A DNA stretch of 64,000 nucleotides, from the NCBI GenBank assembly GCA_036172245.1, contig JAYWIR010000008.1:1-64000 (forward strand), written 5' to 3'. The stretch comes from Raillietiella orientalis. Lineage: Eukaryota. Below, in pieces: positions 37,501 to 50,765 of this stretch (positions are counted from its first letter, which is position 1; every line of letters begins with the position of its first letter). A program made the translations under genes and the position numbers. The notes beneath the pieces were generated by a model. The model searched no databases. It was not told where the DNA came from and saw only the letters and a list, made by a program, of their open reading frames with translations.

Positions 37501-38375
37501 CCGTCCTCCTGTGCATAGCAACCAATACCTCTCCACCTGTTTTCAAAGGAAAAGTGTGCTGGAACAAGCTGCTCTTACGCCGAACATCTGAAGGTTCCCG
37601 CATCCGCCGGCATCACCTTGTGGCTCATGGCACTCTTTCTCCACAGATCCGACAGGGCATTCCATCGTACGATCCCTCATTACTGACTGACTGGTTTGGC
37701 TCACCTTATCCGCTGTAATGATACCTTATTAGTAAAAGTATTTGCATTCGTGGAAAAAAAAAAAAACATCTTTCGTGGGATCTGATGAGTCTAGCATTGG
37801 GCGCCGTAATCCAACGTTTGGTTCCTGCCACAGAGCCAGATCTGCTTACCAAAACGAGCGCCCGTGGATCCGACAGTCCGAGCTGCAGCTTTCAAGCAAG
37901 CCAGACTTCTCACCCATCTCAAGTTCGGGAATAGCTTGAGGTCATCTCGACCTCAAGGCCTCGAATCATTCACTTCTCGGGATAGGAATCCGTTCTTTTT
38001 CTGCTTTTTCCGCGAGCGCCGCCAGCTATCCTGAGGGGAACTTCGGAGAGAACAAGCTACTACTGAGATGGTTTCACTGGGTGGTTGGACTGAGACGGTA
38101 GAGAACGGTAGCCGTTGGTTGCGGGAAACCGTTCGCATATGGGCCAAGAACATCATATCGTGTCCGTGATGGGGCAGCGACTGCCGCACTCTTTCTACAA
38201 CAGCCGTTCGCTAAAGGACTCATCGTTCAGCCAATCACGTGTGCGTGCGCGCAAAGAAATTCCTTAGCCACGGCACTGCTCTCCCTCAGGGAGAAACCGG
38301 GACGTATCCAGACCTCCAAATGCGAGGTCAGTTGTAAAACAGGTCTTCGGACGAAGGAATTTGGTGGTTGGACCT

Positions 38376-41300
38376 GTGTGGAATTCCCGGGAAGCAGAGT
38401 CTCCGGAGAGAATTCTCAGGGGAAAACAACACGACCTGGTAAGGAGGAATGGGAGGAGTATGCGAAGACGGACGTTTACCAAGTGAAATACCCGGGACGC
38501 ACTCCACCAGCCGCAAGTGCAGCATCTTGATTGCTGCTGGAAGAGAGCTTCCAAGCGTCGATTACAAAGCACGGATGAGGAGTGCCGATGTGGGTCGGAA
38601 GATCACCACGCAAACAGGGCAGCACCACAGCGACGGATGATGGGTGTGCCATGTGGAGTGAGAACTCCCTGTATTTTCCGCCAGGAGGGAAATCTGGTAC
38701 CCAGTTCTTTCATTTAGGATTCCGGAGGTGTTCCCAGAGACAGCTGCACATCTTTAGATGCTGCGTCAAAGGCCTCTGCGGAGGCGTATGATTCACTCGA
38801 CTCAGACCTTCTGAAAGGCTTGCTGCTGATGCACACGTCGCGTAGATGAGATCACAGACTTTGTTTTTCAATTTATTTTCCCAATCTTTCATTCCCTGAG
38901 CAGCTGAATCTCTGCTTTCAATCTCTTTGTTTTCTTGGAAGTTCATTTTTCCTGTGCTGGCAACTCGAGCTAGTCGTGTGCAAATGTACGTCGTCATGCT
39001 CCGTTCCGTGAGAAAATGGCCTTTCCTTGCAATGTACTTCTTACTGGTATCTGCATTTTATTTTGTATTCATTTCCATGTTGCCTTTGCAAAAATTCGCT
39101 TCAAGTCAGCGACGCTCTATCCAATCGCTTGGGTTGAATGAGGACTGTCGCAAGGAGGCGTACAGTTCCATTTTACCGATGAAGGGTCGTTGCGAAGGAA
39201 ATGCTGCTCAGTACGAGGGGAGCTGAAGGTTCTGCCATTATCTACACGCTCTCGTTTGGTGGACCACCATCCGCCATGTTATGCCGAACCGTCTCCAAGC
39301 CCATCGCAACTACTGAAATGTCGCTGCGGAGTTTTGCAGCCTTTGCGTTAGAGAAGAGTCTTTGTCGGCTTTGTCGCTTCCGGGGTTCTTCGTTCCAGTC
39401 TAAGGTCTCTAATTTCCCTGAAGTAGAGTCCCTGAAGTTCAAAGTCCTCGAATGGCAGAATGAGAGGTCGTTAGTAATTTGAAATCATACTCGCGACTTT
39501 CTCGTGAGCTGCCGGGATTTCAAGATGAGTTTCTCAGCCGCAGAGTTCCAAGATGCTTTCCTCGCGTTTATGGATCACAATGGGAAAAACTTCCCCCCTG
39601 GCAACGTCTGCTGTGACTTCACCGTAGTCCGAGATGGAGAGAGAGAGAGAGAGAGAGAAAGAATCGCTTTTTCCGTGCGCGCTTGTTAAGCGGTCGTGGA
39701 CAGCACTCGCCGTTTGGTTTGGATGAGACGACGGCGGAGGCGAAGAGACCGAAGGAAAAGAGTGCCGCCTGCTTTTTCAAACCAAGAGCTCTTCCACGGA
39801 GAAATGAGCGCTTTCTCTGGTTTCGTTTCGTATTCCCAGCCCACGGTGCCGTATGTATTCATTCAGTCGGGAGTGGGGAGGAACGACTACAAAAACAAAA
39901 TGTAAAAATCCTGGGGAATAGGGCAAGGGTCTTTGGGTATGCTGAGTGGGCGCCGGGATGTATTCATATAATCCGGTTAAGGTCCGGAGCGAAAGGGAGA
40001 GAGAAATGAGAAAAAACAACAAGTGAAGGGAAGCAAGGGAAAAGGTCCACCGATATCCGCCGTTCCTTCCCTTCAGAACCGGTGCCGGATGTCCGTGATC
40101 TCCCTCTTGGAGGGGAGGTCACCTTTAAGCCATCCTACTGTCGACGACTTCCATTCCGGTGACCTCCCCTCGCGGTGTCGCCCTCTCCATGACGTGACGA
40201 CGAAAGTCGTCGAAGGTGCTCCCGCCGCGAAGAACCGTCGCAGCAGATCGCGAGCAGGGTGTCCTCCTGTTGCAGTCGCGCTGATCCGAACCTAGAACTT
40301 TCGGAGGGTACAGGAGTTCAAAGGCAGGTGCGGCCGTGGACACCACCGACCTACACCAAGAGTACCGTTCTAGCATGCAATCTCTGCGGAAATGGGGGTG
40401 CGTGCTCCGGTTGCACTGGAATCCGCAGTGCAGGAAAAGCAGCACAGACTCCTTGCAGGAGATCAGGAACGCAGGGACGTCCATGCATCGGGAAGGGACC
40501 ACAGGATCCTCGGGGAGCAATGCTCGGAAGTGGACTCCACCGAAGGTTTCACGTGGCCAGCGTAAGCAGATTGGCAGCATCCACCGGCTCGTGGATTTCC
40601 CAGGTTACGCAACGTTAACGTCAGACTACATATCTTTATGAAGCGTAATCTGTCGAATAGTCTCGCGCGGTTAGCAGCCCACATTCCTCTTCCTCCAGGG
40701 CTCCGCCCTCGGTCCATGATGGTCGCTCCTCAGGAGGAAGAGCCTATGGCACGAGAATTCCGCCGACCGCAACTTCGTTTTCGTTCTTGCCAAGCTGTGG
40801 GATCGCACGCGCGTGACGGTGCCCGGGGGCACTTTGGAGCGACTGGGCTCGCTCGCCGCCGTTTGTGCCCAGCGCGAATCGCACGGAGGACCGCCACAGG
40901 GGCAGAACGGAGTTCCGTTCCCGTTTGCGGAGAGCTCGCGGCGCCCAATTGCAAGAGAAGCAACTCTGACAGGTTTCTTCCAGACACTATGCTCGGCCTA
41001 CGAGGACCAAATGCATGACCTGAAGCGACCGGTTCCCGTTGAGAGGAGCACGATTCCTGTAACCACTCCTGAAAACGTTTCCTTATCCGACCGATTCATC
41101 ATTCAAACCCTGACGGGAGGCTGCACCCTGAATGCAGCCGTTGGGCAGAATTTCAACACTGCTGTTCTAAGCACTCCCAATTTCCCAGCCAACTTTCCTG
41201 CCAACACACTGTGCGTTCTGGAGCTTCAGGTAAGAGCGTCCTCCCCAACTGAAGACCTGCTGACCTCCTGCCTGAACTCAGCCTCAGAACCCATGGGTGT

Positions 41301-44076
41301 CTCCGGAGAATGTCTTTGGTGTCTTCGCAGCCACTTTCCAGCTCGGAGCGGGTGGCCTGCTCACCCTTGAGGACACTCTGCGTGTGAGAGAGTGAGGTTC
41401 CCCCTACCGCTCTTTCTTTCTTTGGATAGTTAGGGGATTCCGTTGCAAACTAGCAGTTCAAAAGAATCGCTTCCGTACGGAAGCCGGAAAACGGGTTTCC
41501 CTCTCTTCCAGAGTTCGAGTGAGAGGGGATCTTCCGGGGTTCCCGAACATCGCGCTCTATCTGCCTGCGAGAATCACTTTCCAAGGGGTTGTGGCTGCTC
41601 AAGGTTTCCAGCTCACCTTGAGCACTGTGAGCAACGCTTACCAAGTCACGTCTGTCTGGAGAACCCATCAGACCACCATCAGCGCAAGCATGGTGCAAAG
41701 TCTTCCGGTTCCACAGCAGTTTCTCTCTCTACTGGTCAGGGTACGTTTCCCCTCAAGAGCGCGTCCCTCTGGCGCGGTTGCTTTGGAAACGCGCGTTTCG
41801 CGTGAGCGCTGAACAAAACTCCTCGCTGATTTGCATGGGCAACGTGGGTCAAAGGACACTTCGCTGAAGGGCATCCTCCATCGAAATCCCGAACGCCGAA
41901 ATCTCCAAAATCGAAGCTTGAAAAGATCATGAAAAATAAACGCAGGTGCCTATCACATACGTTAACATGTGAATTTCTATACATGTAAATATGTAGAAAA
42001 ATATATATCAGTAAGATCGTCAGTATACATCATCAAGATTTGCATTTGTTTATTTGAGCTCGACAGCATATATTGCTCTATCTATTTATCGCTATGTGGA
42101 TTCACATGTTACCTTATCCAATAAACGCATGTGTTTATTTTTCATATCCTTTGCAACATGATATTGGAGATTATATTATATCGTATCTTCTTTCATATTG
42201 ATACGTGTAGATTACTGTGAAAATTTTTTGTGAAAACACATGTGCTTATGTTTCATAATCCTTCTTACATATGTTAACAATACATTAATGCAAATTATCA
42301 TTCATTCTATCGAAACTATGCATGCTGACAAGAATGTGCGCTAAAGAGATTTTGAATTTGCATGTATACATCAATGCATCCATTAATATACATGAAAAGC
42401 ACACATTATTCTTTATAGTCTTTGCAGCATACGTTAATCTGTATATTAATCTGTATATGAGTGTATGCAAATTGCTACATACAAGAAACACGTGTCATCA
42501 TTTTCGAGCTCCTGCGGGGTTTCGATCGTTGGAGATTTCGCTGTTTGGGATTTCGGTCCGAATCCGTTTGAGGACCCTGCGTGTCCGTGGTATGGGGTGC
42601 TCACCCTGCAAAATGTCCGAGCTGAAAACGACCCACGAGCTTCGTGGGGTCGACGGTGCACGGAGTGTCGGCACTCGTGGGAACCACGGATCCGGAAAGA
42701 CGACGCGGTTGGACCACGGTTCCCAGTGCTAGCCACGTCCACGCGCGAGCAGATCGCGGTTGTGCGCATGCGCGAGCACGTTTGGTCGGCACGGGGTGCC
42801 GGTCCGGGCGATCGAATCAGATTCCCTGCTGCATCTTGTCTTTCTGCAGCCGCGGACCAACTCCTGCTCCAGAGTCCACGCCACCGTGACCAGTTTGAAT
42901 CTTCTTGCCGGAGAAAAGCTTTCAGTTGGGAAAAATGGACAGAATCTTCCACCCACGGACATTTTCACTATAGTGGGCCCGTCCACTTCGAGCTTCAGCG
43001 TGTCATCAAACTCGAATCGAGCCCTCGACTTTTTCTACTACACCGATAGTAATGCACGAGGAGTGTCTGGAGGATTCACTGTGTTTCATTACTGTTCCAT
43101 CTACTGAAGCTCGCAATGCTGAGCTCTCGCTTTCAGAGCTGGGAACCACAGTTAGGAATTTGTTGGTGTTGCGTCTTCGGTGCCCATAAATATTGGGCAG
43201 GTGCATTATTTGTGGGTCCTAAATTTTTCTTGGGGTATAAGTAGAAGGAAAGAAAGTTTCAACCTATTCGAAGCCACCTCTGCACCCTTGGAGCAGTTGG
43301 CATTGTTTTCGATCCTCCGATTGCTGTGAGAAAGAGTCCAGCATCCGTGGAATACCACTGCTCGACTTTCCAGTCCTCCTCGCGACGATTAAAGGGGAAG
43401 GCAACCATCCAAACCACTATGTTTTCTACAAAATGACCAATCGTCTACTTTCGCTTAGATCGCTTGCAGTGGCCTCTGGCTCCATCGCGTTGCGCTGCTC
43501 ACGAATGAGCGCCCTACTAGGATACTCTGACTGTCGGTTTCGTGTGGTCATTCCAGATTGACTCACGCTCCTCAACGGTATCGATCCACTCAGCTTTCTC
43601 CCTTAAAATCCTACCAGGGTAATGTTCCATAAATTGTTGATTGGCCTCCGGGAATCGTTTCCTCTGTCCATTCCTGAGAGGAGGCACTTGTAAAGCAACG
43701 CTGCGCTGTCCTTACCCTTTCTCTACCTCCACCAGAGCTGCATTCGGTTGCCATTTCTCGAAGGACCGATCTCGAAGGACAGACGATCCTACAGTCTGTG
43801 AAATGCCACTGGCGCAAGAGTGCAATTCTGAATATTCTGGAAGTCGCCAGCGAATCCATGTGGATGCTGCAAACTCGCATCTCTTCTTTGGGGGTACTTG
43901 CACTATTCGAAGGCAATTACCGTGGTTAAACGGACTTTTGAGACAGAGGCGTCCCCGAAGATCACACGTGTTGAGTCCGCATGGGGTGCTCACGCTCGAG
44001 GAAGAAAACCAACTCCAGCGTGTGTGCGGCTCAACATTGAGTGACATCTCTTCTCATAAAAGAGGCCCAAAGGGGA
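38376..44076 (+). repeat. ~5.7 kb direct segmental duplication, copy B
   Basis: See copy A. Confidence 0.97.
41113..43107 (+). CDS. CUB-like gene or pseudogene, copy B
   Basis: Duplicate of 15836-17861; terminal exon 42850-43107. Confidence 0.55.
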
Positions 44077-44479
44077 GGTTCTTCTACAGACAGCATCGAA
44101 GTGTTTTCCATTCAACAAAGAGCACGTACGGTCCTCGGAATGTGGATTCATCCATGCGCCTCCACTCTCTATTCTCCTCGAAGTCGCTGTGTTCATGTAG
44201 CCGGTGCCGAAGATGGAAGAATGAGGTCATGTGTTCAGCAGGTGAGTGAACAACCAGTCGATGAATAGGGAGTGACCTAGATCTAGAGGGCTACCCTAAT
44301 GGACTGGGATTTGATAGTTACCAGTGGGGCCGTCTTGGGACAAACTTAAATATGTGGTGGCTCAAGGCGAAGGAACTCATCGTGAATGTCGCCTGCTTCT
44401 ATGAAGGATCGAGCAAGGCGAAGACAGCAGCACGAGAATCAAGGTCGGGTTGTCGGGCTCTTAGTCACAAGTGGTCACC

Positions 44480-45000
44480 TTGCAGAACTACGTTGCTCCC
44501 AGAGACCCCATCAGGATCCACCCATGCGCTCACTGCTGCCCGCGCGGCCGGGGCACTCAACACCCCACTGGCGGCCAAGATCGACAGCTTGAGACGGAGT
44601 GGAAATGGCAATGCGCCTGCAAAATGGGAAGTATCCTGGAAGATTGCAGGGACAAGGAAGCAGCCGGGATGCTGGACGGCGCGTCAACTGGCTGACGCTT
44701 CCACACCCTTCGCCCTCCACAGAGGTGTTCTTGGCTGGGCGGAGCTCCGGAGCATTCCTCCTGAAGAGGCTAAAGTTCCTCCTGTGCAGCTGCATGCTTC
44801 CTCTGAAGCGTCAGGACTCAGCATTGAAGTTTTTGCATTGGGAGATCCCATGCAACGCGAGAGTCTACCACTGGATAAAGAAGAGTGCAGCCCCAGACTA
44901 TACCAGGAGCGGGAAAAGGGAAACCTTCCCGCGCCTGTTGGATTGCGTTGGCCTCCTGAGTGTAAAGGATTGCTTCTCTGAGGCCGTCCCACCCCCGATG
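44480..45000 (+). mobile_element. ORF2 C-terminal fragment
   Basis: PAKWEVSWKIAG..WTARQLAD..LHWEIPCNARVYHW. Confidence 0.75.
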
Positions 45001-45380
45001 GGCGACGCCAGAGGGGTTTTGCGCAGTTAAGGGAGACGGGCGATGTGTTTTCTTTTTTCTTCTCAGAGAGGATGTGTCTTCTTCTGTCAGGAGACGGCTT
45101 CAGCGATGACCTTGGTGAACTCAGGAGTCAGGTTTGTTCTCGAAGCTGCGATTTGCGCAGCTTGGGAGGATTGCCGAGCCCTCGGTAAACTCAGAGTAGA
45201 CTTACGCTGTTCCCAGGTCGTCCATGGATGCGAACCTTCTTCCGCACGAACGTATCCTTAGCGGCAAGGTTGCGTCGCGCTGAACAACCACCTCTGACGA
45301 CTGCAGACGTGGGAGGAAGCAGCAGGAAACTCCAGTAGCCTTGGCAGTCGCGGTCGATCTTCACACGATGTTCAGTTCGA

Positions 45381-45884
45381 TTTTAACCCGGGTCGCCGGG
45401 GCGTTTATTTAAAAAACAAACTTTAACACGCGCTGTTGCTGGACCAATGATCCAGCCACGCCCGAAGAAACAACACAGAGCCTGCCGGGTCACCAGTTTG
45501 CAGACCGGTGTGGTCCACCACGGCATCAGAGGAAGGGGGGACAAACAAAAAGAACTAAAAAGAAACAAAAGAAAACGTAGGAGGGTGCGGGAAGGGATCA
45601 CTGTCGCTGCTAGGGCCGTTGCATCCTTCGCAGGATGCCAGCGAGCTCTCTCTGAATTGCTGGATCCAGGTGGGACAATCGCGTCGCCCTCTCCAAAAAT
45701 TCGGCAGCGCGCTGGATGGCACCCTTATCGCGAGGTCCTCCCGTTGCCTTGTTCCAAGCGCCGACGATCCCGTGAAGGCAGCACAAGGCTGCTAACGAGG
45801 CCGAAGGGCGTCGGAAACGAAGAGGGCTTTCACAGCGTCCCTGCGGTTGCCGCAGGGGATTCCAATGTACCATGCGTCGACAAC
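45381..45884 (-). mobile_element. 5'-truncated element inserted antisense at the RT 'KAFD' position, with 11-bp TSD
   Basis: GTTCAGTTCGA at 45370-45380 and 45885-45895. The target rejoins as LAVAVDLH../QFDCINYELVWKLL. The 3'UTR closely resembles that of element 1. Confidence 0.88.
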
Positions 45885-47420
45885 GTTCAGTTCGACTGCA
45901 TCAACTACGAGCTGGTTTGGAAGCTCCTGAAACGCGTCGGTCTTCCGACACACCCGCTGTGCCACTTGCGTTCCTGCTGCTGGCGCCTCGAGATCAATAG
46001 CATTTGCTGCAGCGGCTGCTACATATGCGGCGCTCCTGTTCAGCACAGACGTCAGTCAGGGCACCATCTTGGGCGCTCTGCCTTTAAGCATCTTCTCCGA
46101 TTTGGCGCTGAAAGAGAACAGGCTGACGATGGTCACCCACCCCCTTTCGGCTTCTGACTGGGCACGTCGGCCGTAATGGCCTGCGCGGACGACCTGCTTC
46201 TCCTGCTGCCCGTGTCCACTCCGGAGGCCAGGTTTGAGGACTTTTTCGAGCTGGGAAGCGATTGTGAGCGTCAACCAGAACAAGAGCAGGGTGACCATTC
46301 CAGCCGGCTCGACGGGGGAGGAGCGGTCCGAATGGATCTGCCCGGAGATCCCCGTGGGAAGGTTGGCATTCCGTTATGCCACTTCGCCTACTGCAGGGGC
46401 ATGGTCAGACCGTCTCCGAGAATATGGGTTGACTCTCGTTCCGTTCCTTGATGGCTGTTTTGCCTCCTTACCAAAGCGGACTAAATTCTGGAACACATTT
46501 GTGGGGGAAGACTCTTCCGCCCCTGCTTCTTTGTCCTCTCTCTCACGAGGTAAAGCTCCGGGACCAAAGCCTATTGAGAAACGTCGTTTGGGGACCTGCG
46601 AGGTACAGCATGCTCGCTTCAAAGACTTGACATCTCCCCGTCTGGATGTCGATCCTGACCCTGGAGAGAATCGGACTGTAGGCACAGCTCTGAAAGACTG
46701 CAGCACTTTGCTCCAAGCTGTGGGCTTTTCCGTCTTGTGCGCCTGCGCGCCTCATCCTCCGGCGATGCACCATAGAGAAGGACCACTCCCGTTGCTGCCA
46801 CGCTCCCGTTACAGGATGGCAGGGATTGGGCTTCCCCTTGAGGCGACTTGTCTCCCTACTGGATGCCTATCCGTGGATCTCCCGCAGCCTTCTAAACTCC
46901 AATGCTTGGCAACAGGAGGTGTTTGTGTCCCGGGCTGTGTTTCAAGGAACGCCACCCGGTGGAACTTCATCCTCTATGACTCTTCCTCAACCACATTCGT
47001 GAGAGGTGCTGCAGGAGTCGAGGACCCTGGCCTCCACACCTTCTGCCGTAGCACTGTCAGCCCCGAGGGCAAGCGACGACGGTGGTCTACCAATAAGGCA
47101 GGAAATCTGCACCTTTGCAGGAGTGACCAAACCCCTGAGCTGCTGGGCAGCGAGCGAGCCGGCGGACGCCATCCCCCGTCGGTCGCGAGCGAGTGGCTAC
47201 GTCGGCGAGTCCGAGGTTCTGGGTGAGCCTCCCGACGAACTCCCGGTTCCCTCCTCGCGCCCAAGCGCTTCCACGTTCCTCTTGAGCTGGGGACAGGCCG
47301 GGCTGGGGTACCGGTGGAGTCTGCTCCTGAGCATCGTCTCCGGGGAAGCTGCAATCCCCGGACCGTAGTTGCCAGGCACGCGGGTCGGTGGAATCGATGT
47401 CGAACCTCAGCAAATTGCGG
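45885..47420 (+). mobile_element. Degenerate RT-to-Zn-finger region
   Basis: CADDLLLLLP, WNTFV and Zn-finger remnants. Confidence 0.75.
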
Positions 47421-47499
47421 CGAAGGCTGGTTTCAGCGCTTTGGGGGTAGGAGGACACCGTCCGTGCGAGCACTCAGTAGGCTGCTTATCATGCTGGCA

Positions 47500-50400
47500 G
47501 GGTGGCATCTCTCCAACATTCTCTCAGGAGATCGAGGACAGGAACGGGCCATTGACCATGTCTTCATAGACGACCAACTGCACTAACGAGCAGGTAGACT
47601 GGGAAGGATCCCTTCCTAACTCTCGAACCACCCGAGGATTGAGATAAAGCTCAATTTCGAGCGAAGTGCCCTCCCTCCCCTGAATATGTGGAGGATGCCA
47701 TTTTCCTGGCTGGAGCATCCAGATACCAGGGAACTCGTGAGGAACCTCCTCAGGCAGATCCGCATAAAATCCATCCACGACTGGGATTCTTTCAGAAACG
47801 CGATTGGGCGGTTGTGCGAAAGTCAGCCAATCCAAGGCCTGCCGAGAGGCTTTTGGAAGGGAGGGGAACTTTACTCCCTATACCTGCAGACGAGAGACTT
47901 TAACTACCGCATCGATTTCAGGAAGATCGCAGAATACCTGGCCAAAGCGGAGCGCCAAACCTGGCAGTCGGGGGTCATTACTCTGCTGAACGGGAAAGGC
48001 GAAATACTCTCGGACCCAGCAGGCATCACGAAGGAAGTGAGGTGTTTTTACACCTCTCTCTACTCCAGACGTCCTCTGTACCACGGGATCTCTCACCTAC
48101 TCCTTCCCGAAGGAGAACCGATAATTGGAGAAGAGGAGCGAGCGCGACTGAACGAGCCATTTCCTGGCGGAGTTCGCAGCGCTCTGTTATCTTTAAAATC
48201 GAGAAAGGCGCCGGGAGAGGACACTCTGCCCGGAGAATTTTTCAAATGCTTTGCGGAAGACCTGACTCCCTTGGTGCTGAAACTCGATTCGCTGATGCGG
48301 TGCACGGGAGATGTTCCAGGAGGCTATTGAACAGCGAAGATGAGACTCCTCCCGAAAGGGAGGGATTTACGTTTCCTGAATAGCTCGCCAGCTATTCAGG
48401 AAACAAACTCATGAATACGGAAGTCAAACTATTCTCTAAACTGTGGACTGCGCCATTGGGGACAGTAGCGGACCGACTGATTAGCCCGGAGCAATCCTAT
48501 GCGTTGCCTGGGCGATGCATGAAGTTCAACCTCATTTTCGCGCGGTCTTGTTTCAGTCTGCAGCATTTGCTTCGAAAAAGGGGCACCGCAACACCTAAAC
48601 GGATACCCCATGACGGAAGACTGGAGGGAGATCTGGAGATCGCGGTCGATCTGCAGAAAGCGTTCGACTGTTTCGACCAGGACCTCCTCCTACAGCTCAT
48701 GGACAGACTAGGTCTGCTATCCTTCCTATTGCAGTGTCTGCGCGGCTACCTGGCGCTGCGCGCTAACTAATATTTTTTTTAGAGGTTGTCACGTGTATGA
48801 CGTACCCATCAGATGGGGGGTCAGACGAGGGCATAGCCTCAGTCCGCTGCTCTTTGCGATGTACTTTGAGCTGGTACCGAGGGATTACAGAATTGCTCTT
48901 CTTGACCTACCATCCCAATGCGTTTGTGCACCCATGATGTCGGCATACGCCGACGATCTGCTTGTCTTACCCCAATCCACTCCAGCTGAGAGGATAGACT
49001 TGTTTTTTGACCTCATTCAGGAGGGAACGGGCTTAAGAGTAAACAAAGCCAAATCGGCGGTGGTTCCGTCAGACTCATCGTTGGCTGGGCGTTCAGACTG
49101 GACTCGCCTAGGTATCCCAATGCGGAAGCACCTGAGTTACCTGGAGATTTCGCTGGGAGACTTCCCGAAAGAGGAGTTCTGGTCTGAACGCCTCGATTAT
49201 GTAGAAAAGGCGCTGGCACCGTTCAGAGGCGGCAGGTTCTTGCTGCCAGAATTGGTCTTCATCTATAATACGTACGCCGCCCCCTACTACGCCCCCTTTT
49301 GTTCTCATGCCTCCCCACGGAGGAGACTAAGCGGAGGGAAGGCCGCATTATACGGAAGTTATTGTGAGGAAAAGACCGGTCCAGGGTGAGAGTGAAAAAA
49401 TCGGTGCCCCGAAGTGCAAGGCCGGCATGGGCATCAAAACGCTCAGATCCCTGCAGAACGAGGTCCTCTTTCGGTCGCTGATGCAGCACCACCGACGGTA
49501 GAACGATCATTGGTATTTCCCGACAAAAGAACTCCTGAGGAGAACCACGAGCACCCAAGGATTGGCCTCCTTGTGGTCTGCCACACCAACAAGAGACGCC
49601 GGCTATCCCCTCTCACAGCTGCAGAGACTAATCGGCAGATGCAACTGGCTCTCCTGCAAACCCAGGAACTACCAGGCCTGGAGACAGGAATCCCTCAACA
49701 CATGTATCCGGTTAGAGGGCGAACAGAACAGCCTACATCGCCATCCAGTGTTCATGGGAAAAATGCAGCTCGGGGAGCTTATGGTGGCCCAGATTGGTTT
49801 CTATCTTTAGATTATGGCATGGTTTCTTAGTACGAAAGGATTGGAAAGCTGAAATATTTTTTGATCAAAGAAGGATTATAATATGTATTGATGATTGTTC
49901 CATAATGATTGTAGAGTATAGTGGTGTCATATTTAGTATATTGTAATTTTGGTTGAATGCAAGATTGGTGGAATACTATAGTGAAAGGTTAGAAAGAGCA
50001 CTCCGGTGGAGAAACTCTTTCCTGGTTACCTTCTGGCGTGGTCAACGTGCTCAAGAAGACAACCAACAGAAGGCGGAATGGGACACACACTACTGCATCA
50101 ATGACCGGCATGTGCAACTGCTATCACAGAGGACTGGTCAGTTAGCAACGCTTGTAGAGTCCACACAGATGGCCGAAGGACTAAGCCGTTGGGCTAACCT
50201 CCTAGACATCTCCATAGAAAACTTCCAAGTTGCTCAGCGATGTACGGAAGTAGACGCCTGGCAGATTACCGTGATCCCTTCCTCGGTCCCCTCCCCCTTC
50301 TCCGCGTATGAATTTATCTCTCCCGCACTGCCGAAGCGGACCTCGCCGGTGGGTTTTTTCCCGTTGAGTAGTAGCCTGCTTGCAAAATTTTCGTCTATTC

Positions 50401-50765
50401 TCTCAAAGAATATCCAAAAACAAAGTTTTTGCTGGAATTGCAAAATTAAGCAAGAGAGAGCTCTTGCTGGGTATTTTTTATCGGCTAATCCATAGTTAGC
50501 GTTATTAGTCTCTCTCCTTCTACGTTATCAGGTGCCAGGGAATTATAATCATGGTAAGACATCTTATTATAAAAGTGCAGTGTCCACTGACTTTGGAATA
50601 TCATTTAAATTTTTAATATCACCATTTACTATAGCCGGAATTTTCACTTGTCTGCTTACCGGTCTCTCCAGGTTCATTGCGCGTGGTAGAACCACTGGTT
50701 CTACCACAAAAATGTATTTTTGTTACTAACGTAATAAATGCCTCGGGCATAACCGGGTGAGAATC
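47500..50765 (+). mobile_element. Degenerate ORF2 (APE end, linker, RT, partial C-terminus) and terminus at 50733-50765
   Basis: AIDHVF, FYTSLYS, KAPGEDTLPGEFFK, SPEQSYALPGR, VDLQKAFD, SLSPLLF, AYADD. Confidence 0.88.

Noticed and set aside
13105..44076. The two 5.7-kb repeats as LTRs of a giant element
   Set aside because: No PBS, PPT, gag-pol, TG..CA ends or TSD were seen, and the repeats contain spliced gene pieces.
4612..50765. Recurrent palindromic ~28-nt motif as CRISPR repeats or attC-like cassette sites
   Set aside because: Spacing is irregular and in kilobases, orientation is mixed, each copy ends a retrotransposon 3'UTR, and the context is eukaryotic with no cas or integrase gene.
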